Shown one piece after another: positions 13,300-25,006 of a DNA stretch of 64,000 bases. Below the pieces are notes generated by a model, which worked only from the letters and a program-made list of their open reading frames with translations, ran no database searches and was not told where the DNA came from. A program made the translations under genes and the position numbers. Each line of letters opens with the position of its first letter. Position 1 is the stretch's first letter. The DNA is from Anthoceros angustus (Eukaryota; Plantae; Anthocerotophyta). The stretch spans positions 62,001 to 126,000 of the forward strand of contig VJWM01000107.1 in NCBI GenBank assembly GCA_010909165.1. The letters are read 5' to 3'.

Positions 13300-14310
13300 C
13301 AGGCCGCTGCCAGAGTGTGTAACGCACGCTGTGCCTCCAAGTTGGAGGATGGTGTGGTGGAGTCATGGGAAGGCTAGCCACTCAAATCGCCTTCCAGGGA
13401 TACGAACAAAGACTGCCAGTCTCCCAAGCGGCCTTTGGCATGTGCAACTAACACACTGGGTATGAGAGGCCTATGGACGGGGGCAGCAATTTTCCACCTT
13501 GGAAAGAAGTGAACCCCTGATATAATTTTGTATAAGCATTCCAGGCTAGTATGTAGTTACAGGAGTGTTGGAGGCAACACAACGAGGCAGCTTTTTCGTC
13601 CTTGAGCAAACAGCCTCTATCTAAGCTTTCCAGCAGGTAAGCAGTCTACATTATCACGCTTTGTGATGTAACTGAACCTTGCAAGCGCTTGGTCGATCAA
13701 CTGACTAGCGTATGGAACATGCTGTTGTGGCTGCAGAAGTGTTCGCGGTGGAACGGGGAGATGGTGAGATGCGGGAAGCCCTCTCATCTCATGATTGGAT
13801 TCCACCTGCGCTGCCGGGAGTCTTATGTAAAACATAGCCCTCTTTTTCTGTATGGACTGGACTTGCATACTTCGTGTTTGCCGGGTTTGCATTATAAGAC
13901 CTGCGCAAAACTCACACTATCATTTTCAATCCTGAAGTAAGGCTTCCGATTTAAGGGCCCATCGGGCCAGTGCATGCTCTGGGAATGAACTTCCAACTAC
14001 AGCTTGTCTGTTTGACACACTTCAACGACGATCACCTCCAGATGCGGCACCTGCACAGTGGACTGTAAAAGTTCCTGGTTTCATCGTCGTCATTCACTAG
14101 ACTACATGTCTGAGCTGAAAACTACCCTGCTGTCGGATTTTAAGGACGACGATTATGGGTAGGTCCGCTTCAGAAAGGTTCTTTTTAGGGAGGCATATAG
14201 CATTACCTACCTTCTTGCTCTTGCATTTGCATTTGCTGATAAATGTCCAAGCCCTTTCTCCTTCGCTCTGCTAAGCATACGCTGCTAGAATACCTGCTTT
14301 GATGCTTCCA

Positions 14311-14465
14311 CACTTCCCGTACACCCTACCCAAGATGCTACCGACGAAAACATCTGACTCACGGAACTCACAGCCTGAGCATGTACACTTCCCATACATC
14401 CTACCAAGATGCTACCGACGAATCAATCTGACTCACAGATTTCACAGCCTGAGCGTGTATCTTTT
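14311..14465. repeat. Two diverged tandem copies of a 75-bp unit
   Basis: CACTTCCC(G/A)TACA..CTACC.AAGATGCTACCGACGAA...ATCTGACTCAC....TCACAGCCTGAGC starts at 14311 and 14386. Confidence 0.85.
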
Positions 14466-14766
14466 CCTTTGTGCAATGACTTGACGTTGATATATTATGG
14501 CCATGCACAGGGGCAATTTCCTCTGCCAGGATGGCACACGCTTACAGAGCACTGGCAGTAGTCCGACCATCCGGTCTCACACCTTTACGCTGTAAATGGG
14601 CGAAATCTCTGCTTCTTCGGAGTCCTCCTGTGCAAAATTCCTAACCCGCTTATGCTCGATTGGACAGAAAGGTAGTCTGAAGTCATTTTCTTATAAAACT
14701 CGCAAGCTTGACCTTGTACTGTATAGAGGGAGACACACTTCCTGTTGGTTGAAGTATCTTGTGTGA

Positions 14767-15275
14767 GTGATGAAACAGGGGTCTGATTTTCCCTCCATCA
14801 CTCCCTTTCCAGCCGATGGGGATGTGGCGAAGTGGTTGGAGGACTTCCCTAATTGGGGGGAGGTCTTGGATCATCGCCTCCAGCTGAAGGCAATTCAAAA
14901 GCGCCTGCTGAATGCCAAAGCCACTTGCAGGTGGACTCCTCCCCATGGCACTATCAGGACTGGCTCACGACCAAGCTCTGTGCTAGTACTCATCTGTTGT
15001 TCGAGGTCGACGGCAAGTGGCTCCTCTCCTTCAAGACTGTTGGACGAGAAGATGAAGTAAGCTTCCCCCACCTTGACCTGGCTGCAGGAGATGGTTCAGG
15101 TGAGTGCCCCCCTTTTCCAAGGCTTTGTGCAGGAATCCTTGACTTTCGAGCAGTTGGCCACGTTCAGAGGCCTTCTTCGCCAGTGTATCAGTTTTGCTGG
15201 GCAGGCGAACGGGGTGGTGCCCCGTTTTTGTCTGCCCTACGCGTCATTCGCTCTTGGTTGAGGAAACTCGGCTGA
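14767..15275 (+). mobile_element. Possible decayed retrotransposon gag-like relic
   Basis: Frameshifted ORFs. PFPADGDVAKWLEDF...LQLKAIQKRL...W resembles the gag N-terminal pattern F.G..D...WL..F. No LTRs or pol were found. Confidence 0.3.
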
Positions 15276-15454
15276 CTCCAGTCCGGTTGGGGTCGTGGCC
15301 TGCTGCCGCCGCCTTCCCGTTTTATGTCTAGGGGCTTGGATTTCTTTCATGGCTCCTTGTTCTACCTTGGGGCCCTGCTTGGTCTCTGTTCTTGCCTCTC
15401 AGACCATTTTTGGTCTGGTGCTGTTCTTGGCTCTCGTCACGAGCTTCAATGAAA

Positions 15455-15919
15455 TATCAGAGTTGTTTGAACTGTCTTGCTAGTTTGACAGGTCGCCGTC
15501 AACGCTTATTCAACTTCTACATCTAACCAGCCACGAGCAAGAGGAATACGTAGAAGTGGTGTCAATTGTAGAGGAAGGAAAAGAGGTGGACCTAAGCTCC
15601 ACACTCTCAGAGAATGCTGACAACTGAGGTCTTCGATCCGGTACTTCAACAGCTTCACGACTCACTAACAAGGTGCGTCAACATCGTTAAAACTTACTGT
15701 GTTGGCTTGTGGCAATTCTCTCCTGTACACTGGCGCGGGTGTTGTGTACAACAGGTGAGACTGTTGAGGTCTATGCTTCAGTGGGAACAGGAGTGTTGAC
15801 CTCCACGAATGCAGATTCAGCAGTGCTGACAGAGTTGCTTGTAATAAGGTGGCCAGACGGTGACACAATGCGCATGCCTTCTGGAAGCACAGCCTCTGTT
15901 GCAGCTTGTCGCATGGGCT
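15455..15919 (+). pseudogene. Fragment of the RSH 3' end (last two exons plus their intron), an inverted copy of ~53562-54080
   Basis: Reverse-complement match to the RSH gene, e.g. GAGCAAGAGGAATACGTAGAAGTG, CAGGTGAGACTGTTGAGGTCTATGCT and GTAATAAGGTGGCC.GACGGTGA. The intron is retained; there is a stop codon and a ~35-bp deletion. Confidence 0.9.
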
Positions 15920-16761
15920 GCCAACTTTGCATACATGTTCACCAAACTACTGCATACAAACTCATCGGTTTGAAGTCCTCTTTCTCTGGTTTCTGCATGA
16001 AGCTGCCTCCCTTTATCCAACGCCAGGGTGCCCACACTTGCACATGCCTGCAGGAGGGAAACAGATGTCACAGAAACAGGTGCTGCTCTGCTGCCTTGGT
16101 GCATAGCACTGAGAAGGTGAAGGGCTTCTATCCCCTTCTGCAAATAAGCTGCAATGATGGCATTCCAGGTCACCACATCTTTCCAAGGGAGTCCGTCAAA
16201 CATGTGCTCAGCATCCTTTACGCTGCCGCACTTTGCATACATGTTTACCAAACTATTGGCTGTAAACACATCAGCTTGAAGCCCTCGTCCTCTAACTTGT
16301 GCATGAAGCAGCTTCTCTTTCTCCGAAGCGCTAATGCCCTCACTGGCACATGCCTGCAGGAGGCAGACAAATGAGGATTGGGTGCACCACGCATTCCTCT
16401 TGCATAGATCCATGTAGACGAAAAGCTTCCTGCCCCATGCCTTGCTGTGAATATCCAGCTATCATGGCACTCCTTGAGACCACACTTATCTCACTGAGGC
16501 CATCAAACACAAAAGCGAGCTAGAATGTGGGAATTGTTTCCCCCGTGCCCCTCCTGGAACCCAAGAATCCTCCTAGTCCTGGACCGACGGGGATAGGTGG
16601 TAGTCTTGGAAAGGTGCTGCAACTCGCGGCTTCCTCGTTTCCAAGCGGTTTGTAGCCTGAAGTCACTTTGAGCACGAGATCCTCCTAGACGTCGTTACCG
16701 CACACCAGTTTGGATTGTGGACACAAACTGTGGCCCGTCACTGGAGCTGGGAGATATGGGA
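15916..16761 (-). pseudogene. PPR pseudogene fragments: inverted copy of PPR2 repeats (~51363-51978) joined to the PPR2 5' region (~49493-49739)
   Basis: ORF 15817-16413 gives FVCLLQACA...GLQADVFTANSLVNMYAKCGSVKDAEHMFDGLPWKDVVTWNAII, matching PPR2. 16523-16761 matches the reverse complement of 49493-49739 (AATGTGGGAATTGTTTC...GGATTGTGGACACAAACT). Confidence 0.9.
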
Positions 16762-16791
16762 GGATAATTACTCGAGGATAATGACCTAATC

Positions 16792-17368
16792 AGTAACACC
16801 CTCTCAACGGGGTGGGGAAAACCACGCAGTTAGAAGCAAACTAGGGTAATAAATCAACACCAGACACAGCACTAGGCCTCCAAGTAGCCCGCCCTCCTCT
16901 TCTAGGAGGACTCGCAGACAGCACTCTTGCCGCTGCTCTTTATTCTTAGATCACGAGTCAACAAGAACATACAGAGCTGGAGGGCTAGAGAGAACTCCCA
17001 TCTTTGCCTAAGCTAGGAGCTTAGCTCTCTCTTCACTTGACCTCCTCCACAAAAGCTCCTTCACAAGACTCCTTCCGTGCTTACGCCCAAGCAACAAGTG
17101 CTCTCAAGGCATAGCCCAAGCATCAAGTGCTCTCAAGGCAACCCAAGCAACAAGTGCTCTCAAGGTTGAACCCATGTCTTTAGCCTGTAGGTCTCCTTTA
17201 TACTCAAGCCCTAGCTACAATCTTAGTAACTACTTACTTAAGCTTTAAGCTATTATTTACTACCACACTTCCTAGGGCTGCATGCTTAACATGCTCTTAG
17301 TAAGTCGCTCTTCTAAACATGCCTCGCATGGAGCTTTCTTACAAAGCACTCAAGCCGACTTTGTTACT
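16792..17368 (-). repeat. 3' LTR (577 bp)
   Basis: Direct repeat of 21818-22392. It starts AGTAACACC and ends TTGTTACT, and holds three ~29-bp CCCAAGCA(A/T)CAAGTGCTCTCAAGG repeats at 17086-17165. Confidence 0.95.
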
Positions 17369-17379
17369 TCCTCCCCACT
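17369..17379 (-). other. Polypurine tract (AGTGGGGAGGA on the - strand)
   Basis: Purine run directly abutting the 3' LTR. Confidence 0.8.
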
Positions 17380-17454
17380 AGGAAGAATCACGCCTCGGTG
17401 ATAACCATGTAATGAGCAATCATCCAAGAGCCTTTGGATATCCTCTAATGTTAC

Positions 17455-20400
17455 CAAACCGGTATTGAGATCCCACGCAACTTTACCATGTATTGTGGTA
17501 GAGTTCCACGCCTCGTAGCCACGCTACCTGCAAGGAATTCTTCAATCTCCGCAGTCCTTGATCATCTTTGCGAGGATCGTACTTCTTCTGTCCATGTCCT
17601 CTTTCTCCTTGCTCGCACAAATGGCTTGATTGAAACATGAAACACATTGTGTGCAAAAATCCAACAGTAAGTCCAACTTATAAGCGACTTCTCCAATGCG
17701 CTCAGGACAACATAAGGACCTCCATACTTTGGCCTCAACTTTAGAGACAAACCTTGGGGTAGTGTGAAATGCTTCAATTTCACCCAAACCTTATCCCCAA
17801 CATTGAAGAGCTTTCTCCGTGCTTATCAAGATATCTCTTGACGTGCTTGAGCCTTGGCTAATATCTTTTGGCAATCTCATGCCTAGCCTTCAACCGCTCA
17901 ACAAATTGGCGTGGATCTCCGTGGTAGTATCGAAAACTTCAGATTTAGCATGGATACTACATCCGTACCGAGTTTCCACTCATCTCAAAGGGACTATATC
18001 CCCAAGGAGCTATGCGGTGTTATTGTAACAAAACTCCGCATCATCAAGATGATCAGCCCAATCTCTCTGATCAATCTGCACATAGTGCCTCAAGTATTCT
18101 TCTTGGATTCGGTTGACTCGCTCTGTTAGCCCATCAAGATCCGGATGGTATGCGACTCATGCATAATCGCACATTCAACTTCTCATCAAGTGCTGCCAAA
18201 ATTCTCCGTGAATCTTGGATCTCTATCACTCACAATCTGCGGGCAAGCCATGATACTTGTACATACTTCTTGAACAAGTTGCCCTGGCCACCGCTTCTTG
18301 GTGGGGATGAAGTGCGCTTGTGGTGAACCTATCCACCACCGTCATGATAGTATAACCATTCGGGAGGCAAAGGCATGATGAAGTCCATAGAAATACTTTT
18401 CCATGGCCCTCTTGGAATAGGTAGGTAACAAACCTCTTGGTTTAGCTGTTTCTACCTTATCCTGACAAACAAAGACATGCCTTGACATAGTCTAATGTAT
18501 CTTGATACATTCCTCGCCAAGAAATGCCTTCTTCAACTTCTCATAAGTTGAATCACCTCCACGGTGACCGACTTGGCACATCATGACATTCAAGTAACTT
18601 CTTCTTCAAGCCTCTGAGTTAGGAATCACAACTCTCTTGCTTTGTATATCAACAAACCATCTCTGAGTTTGAACTTGCTTCCTTTCTCTGCCACCCCATT
18701 CATCCAGTCCTGCACTTCAGGATCTTGCAGATAAGCTTCCTTAATCTCTTTGTGAGTATCCACAGGCTCAATCACACTTGCCATTGCCTTCAGTCCTTGA
18801 CTCTGTTTGCGACTCAACGCATCTGCAACCTTATTCTCCTTTCCAGGTTTGTATTTCAGAGTCACATCATACATAGCTAGGAAATCCTGCCATCTAGCTT
18901 GCCTCGCATTCAACTTCAACTGGTTGGAGAAGTATGTTGTCGATATTATCGATACGACAAAAGACCTACCCAAGAGATAGTGCCTCCAAGCCTTTAGGCG
19001 GTGGATGGCGGTCATTTCCTTCTCATAGGTGGGATACTTCATCTCATAAGGATGCAACTTCCTTGACTCAAAAGCTAACGGCTTTTGGTCCCGCATCAAA
19101 ACTCCACCTATAGCCATGTCCGAGGCATCACAATACACTTCTACATCTTTCTTGGGGTCATACATTCCCAACAGGAGTAGTACTCAACTTCTCTTTCAAG
19201 TATTCAAAGGCCGCTTGACAATCGATCCCACTTCCAAGCTTTTGATGTCTTCAAGAGGTCAGTTTTGGGGGCTGCTATCTTAGCGAACATATGTACAAAC
19301 CTCATGTACAGAGAAGCCAAACCCATAAAGCTCTGTACCTCATGAATGTTCCGAGGGGGCTGCCAATCTTGAATGGCTTTAACTTTATCAGGATCCATCC
19401 TGATGCCCTCGGCAGAGACAATAAAACCTAAGAATGGAATCTCTGTCTTGACGAAATCACACTTCTTGATTGCCAAGAACAAAGAATTCTCTCTTAGCTT
19501 TTGTAACACTTCTCTTAAGTGTTCAGCATGTTCCTCCAAGGTATGGCTAAAGATCAAAATGTCATCCTGATAGATTACAACACACTTGTCCACCAGATCT
19601 ATGAATATAGTATTCATAAGTGTCTGAAATGTGGCAGGTGCATTAGTAAGTCCAAATGGCATGACCAAAAATTCAAAAGCCCCATACCTAGTCCTACAAG
19701 TTGTTTTGTACTCATGCCCCTCGAATCGATCCGATAGTACCGCCATCGATCCAGGTGAAATACTTGGCACCCTTCAACTGTCGAACATATCATCCATTCT
19801 AGGCAAAGGATATGCATTCTTGATTGTAATCGATTGAGCTCGTAATCCGGACACAATCGAGTCCTCCATTCTTTTGCGTGAACAATACGCACCAAAGGAG
19901 ACTTAGAAACTCGACATATCCCTTTGCCAGGTTGGATAGTTGTCGCTGAGTTCTTGCAACTCATCCTGTGACAATCTATACGGTGCTCTTGAAGGAGGCG
20001 TACTCCCTGGCTTCAAGTCAATCTCATGATCTACTACTCTGCGAGACGGCAATGGTGGCAACTTATCTGGCATCAAATCCTTGAACTCATCCAGTATAGC
20101 TTGTACTTCTTTTGGGATGTCTTTCACCTCTGTGGAATCTTCTTCTAGACCATCCTCTAGTCCTTGGAGTACAACTAAGTATAGCTCCTTCTTTTCCGAG
20201 ATCCTTCTTAAGCTCTCTTTTGAAATCAATGTCTTGATGGAGTCTCAAGCTCGGCTAACACTAGCACAACTCACCTTGTGCTTCGGATATCTCAATAGTG
20301 CGAGACTTAACATCCATATACACTTCATTGGATCTCATCCACTCCGGGCCTAAGATGATATCATGGTCATCCATCTCGACGTGAAACTCTCATTTCCTTG

Positions 20401-21787
20401 CCATGCTTCACTTGCAGCTTTACTCCATGCAATTCACCCAAATTGCGAGTCCCTTTAGCTTGCTTGATTCCATATGGCGTGGAAGTTTCAGTCCATTCAA
20501 GACCAAGCTCTCTTGCCTTACTAGGAGTTATAAAATTGTGGGTGGCTGCAGAATCCAACAACAACTCTACATCTAAGCCATTCATCTTCCCACATATATA
20601 CATGAGATCTCCACCTTTCCTCATTATAGTGTCATCCTTGACACTAGATGACTCACCACATGTCTTCACAACATGTGGCCCCGCCACACTGGGCTCCTCG
20701 GGAAGTTCTTGAATCGGCTCTTGGAGCAGTGGATTGGCAGCAACAAATTCAAGTTGGGAGCTCCAACATGTGGACAATTCCTAGCAAAGTGTCCTGTTCT
20801 CCCCACATAACACACACAGGCTCCTCGGGAAGTTCTTGAATCGGCTCTTCCACGACCCTGTTATCTCCTCTAGCTCGGCCTCGCCAAGAGTCTCATTGGT
20901 TCCACTATTCAGTGGTGGTAGCTCGTCCTCTCCTCTAGATCTACCACGAGACCTAGGATATCTTCCTCTTGATACGGTGCCTCTTGAATAAACATATCCG
21001 GTATAGCATCTGCTGCGCCATGGCCTCTTGCGTGTTTGAGGATTAGTCAAAGCTATCCTATTTTGAGCCCATCTCTTAAGGCCGTTGATAAACTTGTGGA
21101 GTTTGTCCCGCTCATGCATCTCTGGACATTGCAAGACAATAGAGCTAAACTCACTCACATACTCCCGCAAAGTTCCAGTATGCTTGACATTGTCGAGCAT
21201 CCTTCGCGCCAAACTCGCTGCATTAGCGGGTTGGAAACGGAGTTGCAGCGCTTGCTTGAAGTCCGCCCATGTGAAGATTGTGGCTGCGATTGCCTTGCCT
21301 TACGTTCTCAACGTAAGTCCTCCACCAAGTAAGAGCATAATCCTCTAAGAAATTCGTGGCGTGCTTCACGTACTCATCTTCGGCACTCGCATGATTCGAG
21401 TACGCCCAAAGAGAAAACCAAGAACTGATTTTCTACGTCACGCTCGCCTTTATAAGTCTTTGGGGCTGTATGCTCACCTCAACTTAGACTTTTGGCGATC
21501 GCTCTCGCTCAGCTCCACTTCTTCCGGCTCTTCTTCAACGAGCTACCGCCTTTAATCTCCTGATCCATGGCATCAAGTCTCCTCATGATCTTTTGGAGCT
21601 GGTCCTCTATGGTGGTGCCGGTCCTCTGCTCCGAAGTTCCTTCCTCCGCTGTTCTCACAACTTGCGGACTCGCCTGTGGCTCTTCCACAGCGGCTTCGGT
21701 AAGCGGGGCCTTATCTTTCCGGCGGCGTACCCTTTCCACTCTACTCGGCTCAGCAGGATCTGCCATCTCCACTAGCGTACTAGTCAA
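17455..21787 (-). pseudogene. gag-pol remnants of the Ty3/gypsy element
   Basis: ORFs 21509-21787 and 20781-21212 (gag), 20367-20777 (protease), 19903-20229 and 19204-19770 (RT), 18626-19171 (RNaseH) and 17542-17787 (integrase C-terminus). Many frameshifts. Confidence 0.92.
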
Positions 21788-21803
21788 AGATGCTTCAACC
21801 TAT

Positions 21804-21815
21804 GCTCTGATACCA
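21804..21815 (-). other. Primer binding site complementary to tRNA-iMet (TGGTATCAGAGC)
   Basis: The + strand reads GCTCTGATACCA, 2 nt from the 5' LTR. Confidence 0.92.
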
Positions 21816-21817
21816 CA

Positions 21818-22392
21818 AGTAACACCCCCTCAACGGGGTGGGGAAAACCACGCAGTTAGAAGCAAAAACCAAGGTAATAAATCAACACAGACAAGACTAG
21901 GCCTCCAAGTAGCCCGCCTCCTCTTCTAGGAGGACTCAGACAAGACTCTTGCCGCTCTTTATTCTTAGATCACGAGTCAACAAGAACATACAGTGGAGGG
22001 CTAGAGAGAACTCCCCATCTTTGCCTAAGCTAGGAGCTTAGCTCTCTTCACTTGACCTCCTCCACAAAGCTCCTTCACAAGACTCCCTTCCGTGCTTACG
22101 CCCAAGCAACAAGTGCTCTCAAGGCATAGCCCAAGCATCAAGTGCTCTCAAGGCGCAACCCAAGCAACAAGTGCTCTCAAGGTTGAACCGAACTGTCTTT
22201 AGCCAGGCGAGGTCTCCTTTATACTCAAGCCCTAGCTACAATCTTAGTAACTACTTACTTAAGCTTTAAGCTATTATTTACTACCATACACTTCCTAGGG
22301 CTGCATGCTTAACATGCTCTTAGTAAGCTGCTCTTCTAAACATGCCTCTGCATGGAGCTTTCTTGCAAAGCACTCAAGCCAGCTTTGTTACT
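21818..22392 (-). repeat. 5' LTR (575 bp)
   Basis: Direct repeat of 16792-17368 with the same AGTAAC...GTTACT termini; adjacent to the PBS. Confidence 0.95.
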
Positions 22393-22642
22393 TAATCCAT
22401 AAATCGAATATGGTTTGCGTAGTGGCATGACTCGAAAAAATTAAGACATTTGGCAAAGGGATGCCGGACAACTATATCGGCTACTTATGTCCGGACAATG
22501 TACTCCTCTACTTAGACATCTTTGCATACATGGTTTAGTCTACATAGCCAACTATATTGCATACACCAACCAATGCCATAAAAGAAAAAGCGTTGAATTT
22601 ATGGGTCTATGAATTGTAAATTGCTGGAACAAAACTAAATGC

Positions 22643-22873
22643 CTTCAGACATACTCTACAACGAATTACTATGATTTTTTTTCAATTTGTTCTTTGCGGG
22701 GGCTCTCTATTGTCGGGCCACTCCAAAGATGGAAGGGCATGACTTTGAACAGAATCAAATATCTTCAAACATACTCTGCAATGAATTACTATGATTTTTT
22801 TTCTTAACTCGTATTGTTTGCGAGGGCTCTCTATTGTCGGGCCCCTCCAAAGATAGAAGGGCAAGACTTTGAA
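22643..22873. repeat. Two tandem copies of a ~120-bp unit
   Basis: CATACTCT.CAA.GAATTACTATGATTTTTTTT...GGGCTCTCTATTGTCGGGCC.CTCCAAAGAT.GAAGGGCA.GACTTTGAA at 22650 and 22770. Confidence 0.85.
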
Positions 22874-23599
22874 AATTGTTGTACAAGGGATTGTAGCAAG
22901 CAATGCCACTTTGACATTTTGGGCTCAATTGCTCTATTATTTATTTCTCTAAATTCTTTAAGAAATTAGGTGAGAAGGCGATTTTAACAAATCGCGTCAT
23001 GTTTGGACAATCAAACATCAAGCCACAATAGCAGCCCGTTTTTATTGATCGTCGAATTATAAAAAGCTTCTAAGCTTTGGTTAGCACTCATCCTACATGC
23101 AAGCTTATGATCTAGCACATCTTTGGACAATTTGTGTTCCCGCAAATTGGATGCTTAAATAATCAGCCAATACTAGTTCTTATCTCAACATGTTTATGCA
23201 AAGCCCCACTCTAAGGGGGTGCACATTCCGGTGAGTGTACAACATGAAATCATTTTAGTGGTAAAAAGTAATAACCCTTCGTCGAGGAGCCCAAAACCAA
23301 AGTTTCATAAGGGGCCAAAGTTTCAGAAGGGATAATCTCGGGACGGGCGGGAAGACAAAACGAACAAAGGACAAGAGGAAAATAAGATAGGATAAATTAT
23401 TAGAAGATATAATATTAATTTTTGTAATCTCAAGTCATCAGAATTATTGGGGTCATTGTGCTCCAGGCCACTCAAACCATTTAGAGCTATCATGCTCTTC
23501 ACTCATCCACACTAGCTTATGAACTCTCATGCTTGGAATCATTTGTGAGAGCCCTCGTGCTCGAGATTCCTGGAACTAACCAAGTCCACAAGAATATCC

Positions 23600-23715
23600 A
23601 ACTTCTTGTTTGAGATGTGTGAAGCAATGCACATGCGTAGAGCCAAACAAGATTGCATGCAGTGGTGAGTATTTTGAAAGCATGTTCTAGCATACAAGCT
23701 CTTCATCAAGTTAGG
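23600..23715 (+). pseudogene. Short degenerate PPR (P-L junction) relic
   Basis: With frameshifts it reads LFEM...CVEPNKIA../VSILKACSSIQALHQ, resembling the PLS consensus GVEPNKITFVSILKACSS.AAL.QG. Confidence 0.3.
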
Positions 23716-23837
23716 ATATCAATTCAGAGTTACAATGGCTATAATGCCTTCTCGTGCTACATCGCATTGGGTGGATTGTTGGCTATTCTCGGCATGTTAT
23801 TGAGGCCATCTTGGCTCTTGATGGCCATACTGGCTAT

Positions 23838-24000
23838 GCTATTCAGGTCATCATTGTTGTTGATGCCCAAATTGGTATTACTAAGCTATTAAGGTCATCA
23901 TCATTGTTGATGCCCATATTGCTATTACTAAGCTATTGAGGTCATCATCATTGTTGATGCCCATATTGCTATTACTAAGCTATTGAGGTCATCATCATTA
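23838..24000. repeat. 47-bp tandem repeat, about 3.5 copies
   Basis: GCTATT.AGGTCATCATCATTGTTGATGCCCATATTGCTATTACTAA starts at 23838, 23885, 23932 and 23979. Confidence 0.92.
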
Positions 24001-24340
24001 TGGTTGACCATACTAGCTACACGTGGCATCGTACTCTAATTTCAATCAATTACTTCGCTTAGTTGGAGTTGTAGTGTTCCTACGTACACCTTCAACATGT
24101 GAATGCTCTTATATGTACATACCTTGAGCATATGTATATCAATGAACAGCTATGTACGACCAGCGGCAACATGGTAAACCCACCCTAACCTGACAGTGTA
24201 TATGGTGTATGTCATCCCTCTCGACCGCTACGCAACTCCCTTGCTTATCTCTATGTTTGAAGGTGCACTAGCACACACGTGGGAATCTGGTCCACCAAAC
24301 TATTGTTAATCCTTTCGTAAAAGCTCTCTTTCAAGAATTA

Positions 24341-24518
24341 GGCATGCTGAATTTGCATTAACTCTCATTCGAGAATCTGGCATGCTGAATTTGCATTAAC
24401 TCTCATTCGAGAATCTGGCATGCTGAATTTGCATTAACTCTCATTCGAGAATCTGGCATGCTGAATTTGCATTAACTCTCATTCGAGAATCTGGCATGCT
24501 GAATTTGCATTAACTCTT
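24341..24518. repeat. 38-bp perfect tandem repeat, about 4.7 copies
   Basis: GGCATGCTGAATTTGCATTAACTCTCATTCGAGAATCT starts at 24341, 24379, 24417, 24455 and 24493. Confidence 0.95.
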
Positions 24519-25006
24519 GCAAGTGAGCTCTCACCTAAACTCTCTTTAGTATTTGGCCTGCTAGATTATTATTAACTAGTGTGAAAAAACACTACCAAAA
24601 CTTTTATTATTATTATCTCGTGTAGAAGATTTCTCACTTGAGAATAACGCTCAGTAGATTATCATTAACTCATCGATTGTGGAATTGATATCTACTCATA
24701 CTTGGCTGAGGAGGTATATGGAGCCGTGCTGGAGCGTTGTTCAGGAAGTGGTTCTCAAGGGTTTTGGAGCGGTGAGCGGTGTTCTCAAGGGTCTCCTTTA
24801 CATGTATGACCTACGATTTTTTTGGCTTCTCTAATTTTTGCCTTAGGCGTTACTGTACCCCACCCGGAATCTTCTACGGATATGAAGTTTAGAATTGTGA
24901 TTCCGGGCCAGGGTCTTTTTCCAGGTCTCCCCAATATAATGCGGGCCACCCAATCTGCGCCTGTCAAGGACACCCCTTGCCAGGTCTACTCTCAGCTTTG
25001 CTCTAA

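Larger units (their letters stand above)
16792..22392 (-). mobile_element. Full-length Ty3/gypsy LTR retrotransposon (chromovirus), 5601 bp, coding region frameshifted; TSD TAATC
   Basis: Two ~576-bp LTRs, a tRNA-iMet PBS, a PPT, and TAATC at both 16787-16791 and 22393-22397. Domain order on the - strand is gag, PR (LLDSAATHNFI), RT ([23 protein letters not shown]), RNaseH (CDASDMAIGGVL), integrase (GPY...HNVFHVS), then a chromodomain-like EIEEFLA...QYMVKLRG...W. Confidence 0.96.

Noticed and set aside
15709-16374. 221-aa ORF on the + strand as a new gene
   Set aside because: It is the RSH fragment running into antisense PPR sequence within the duplicated block.
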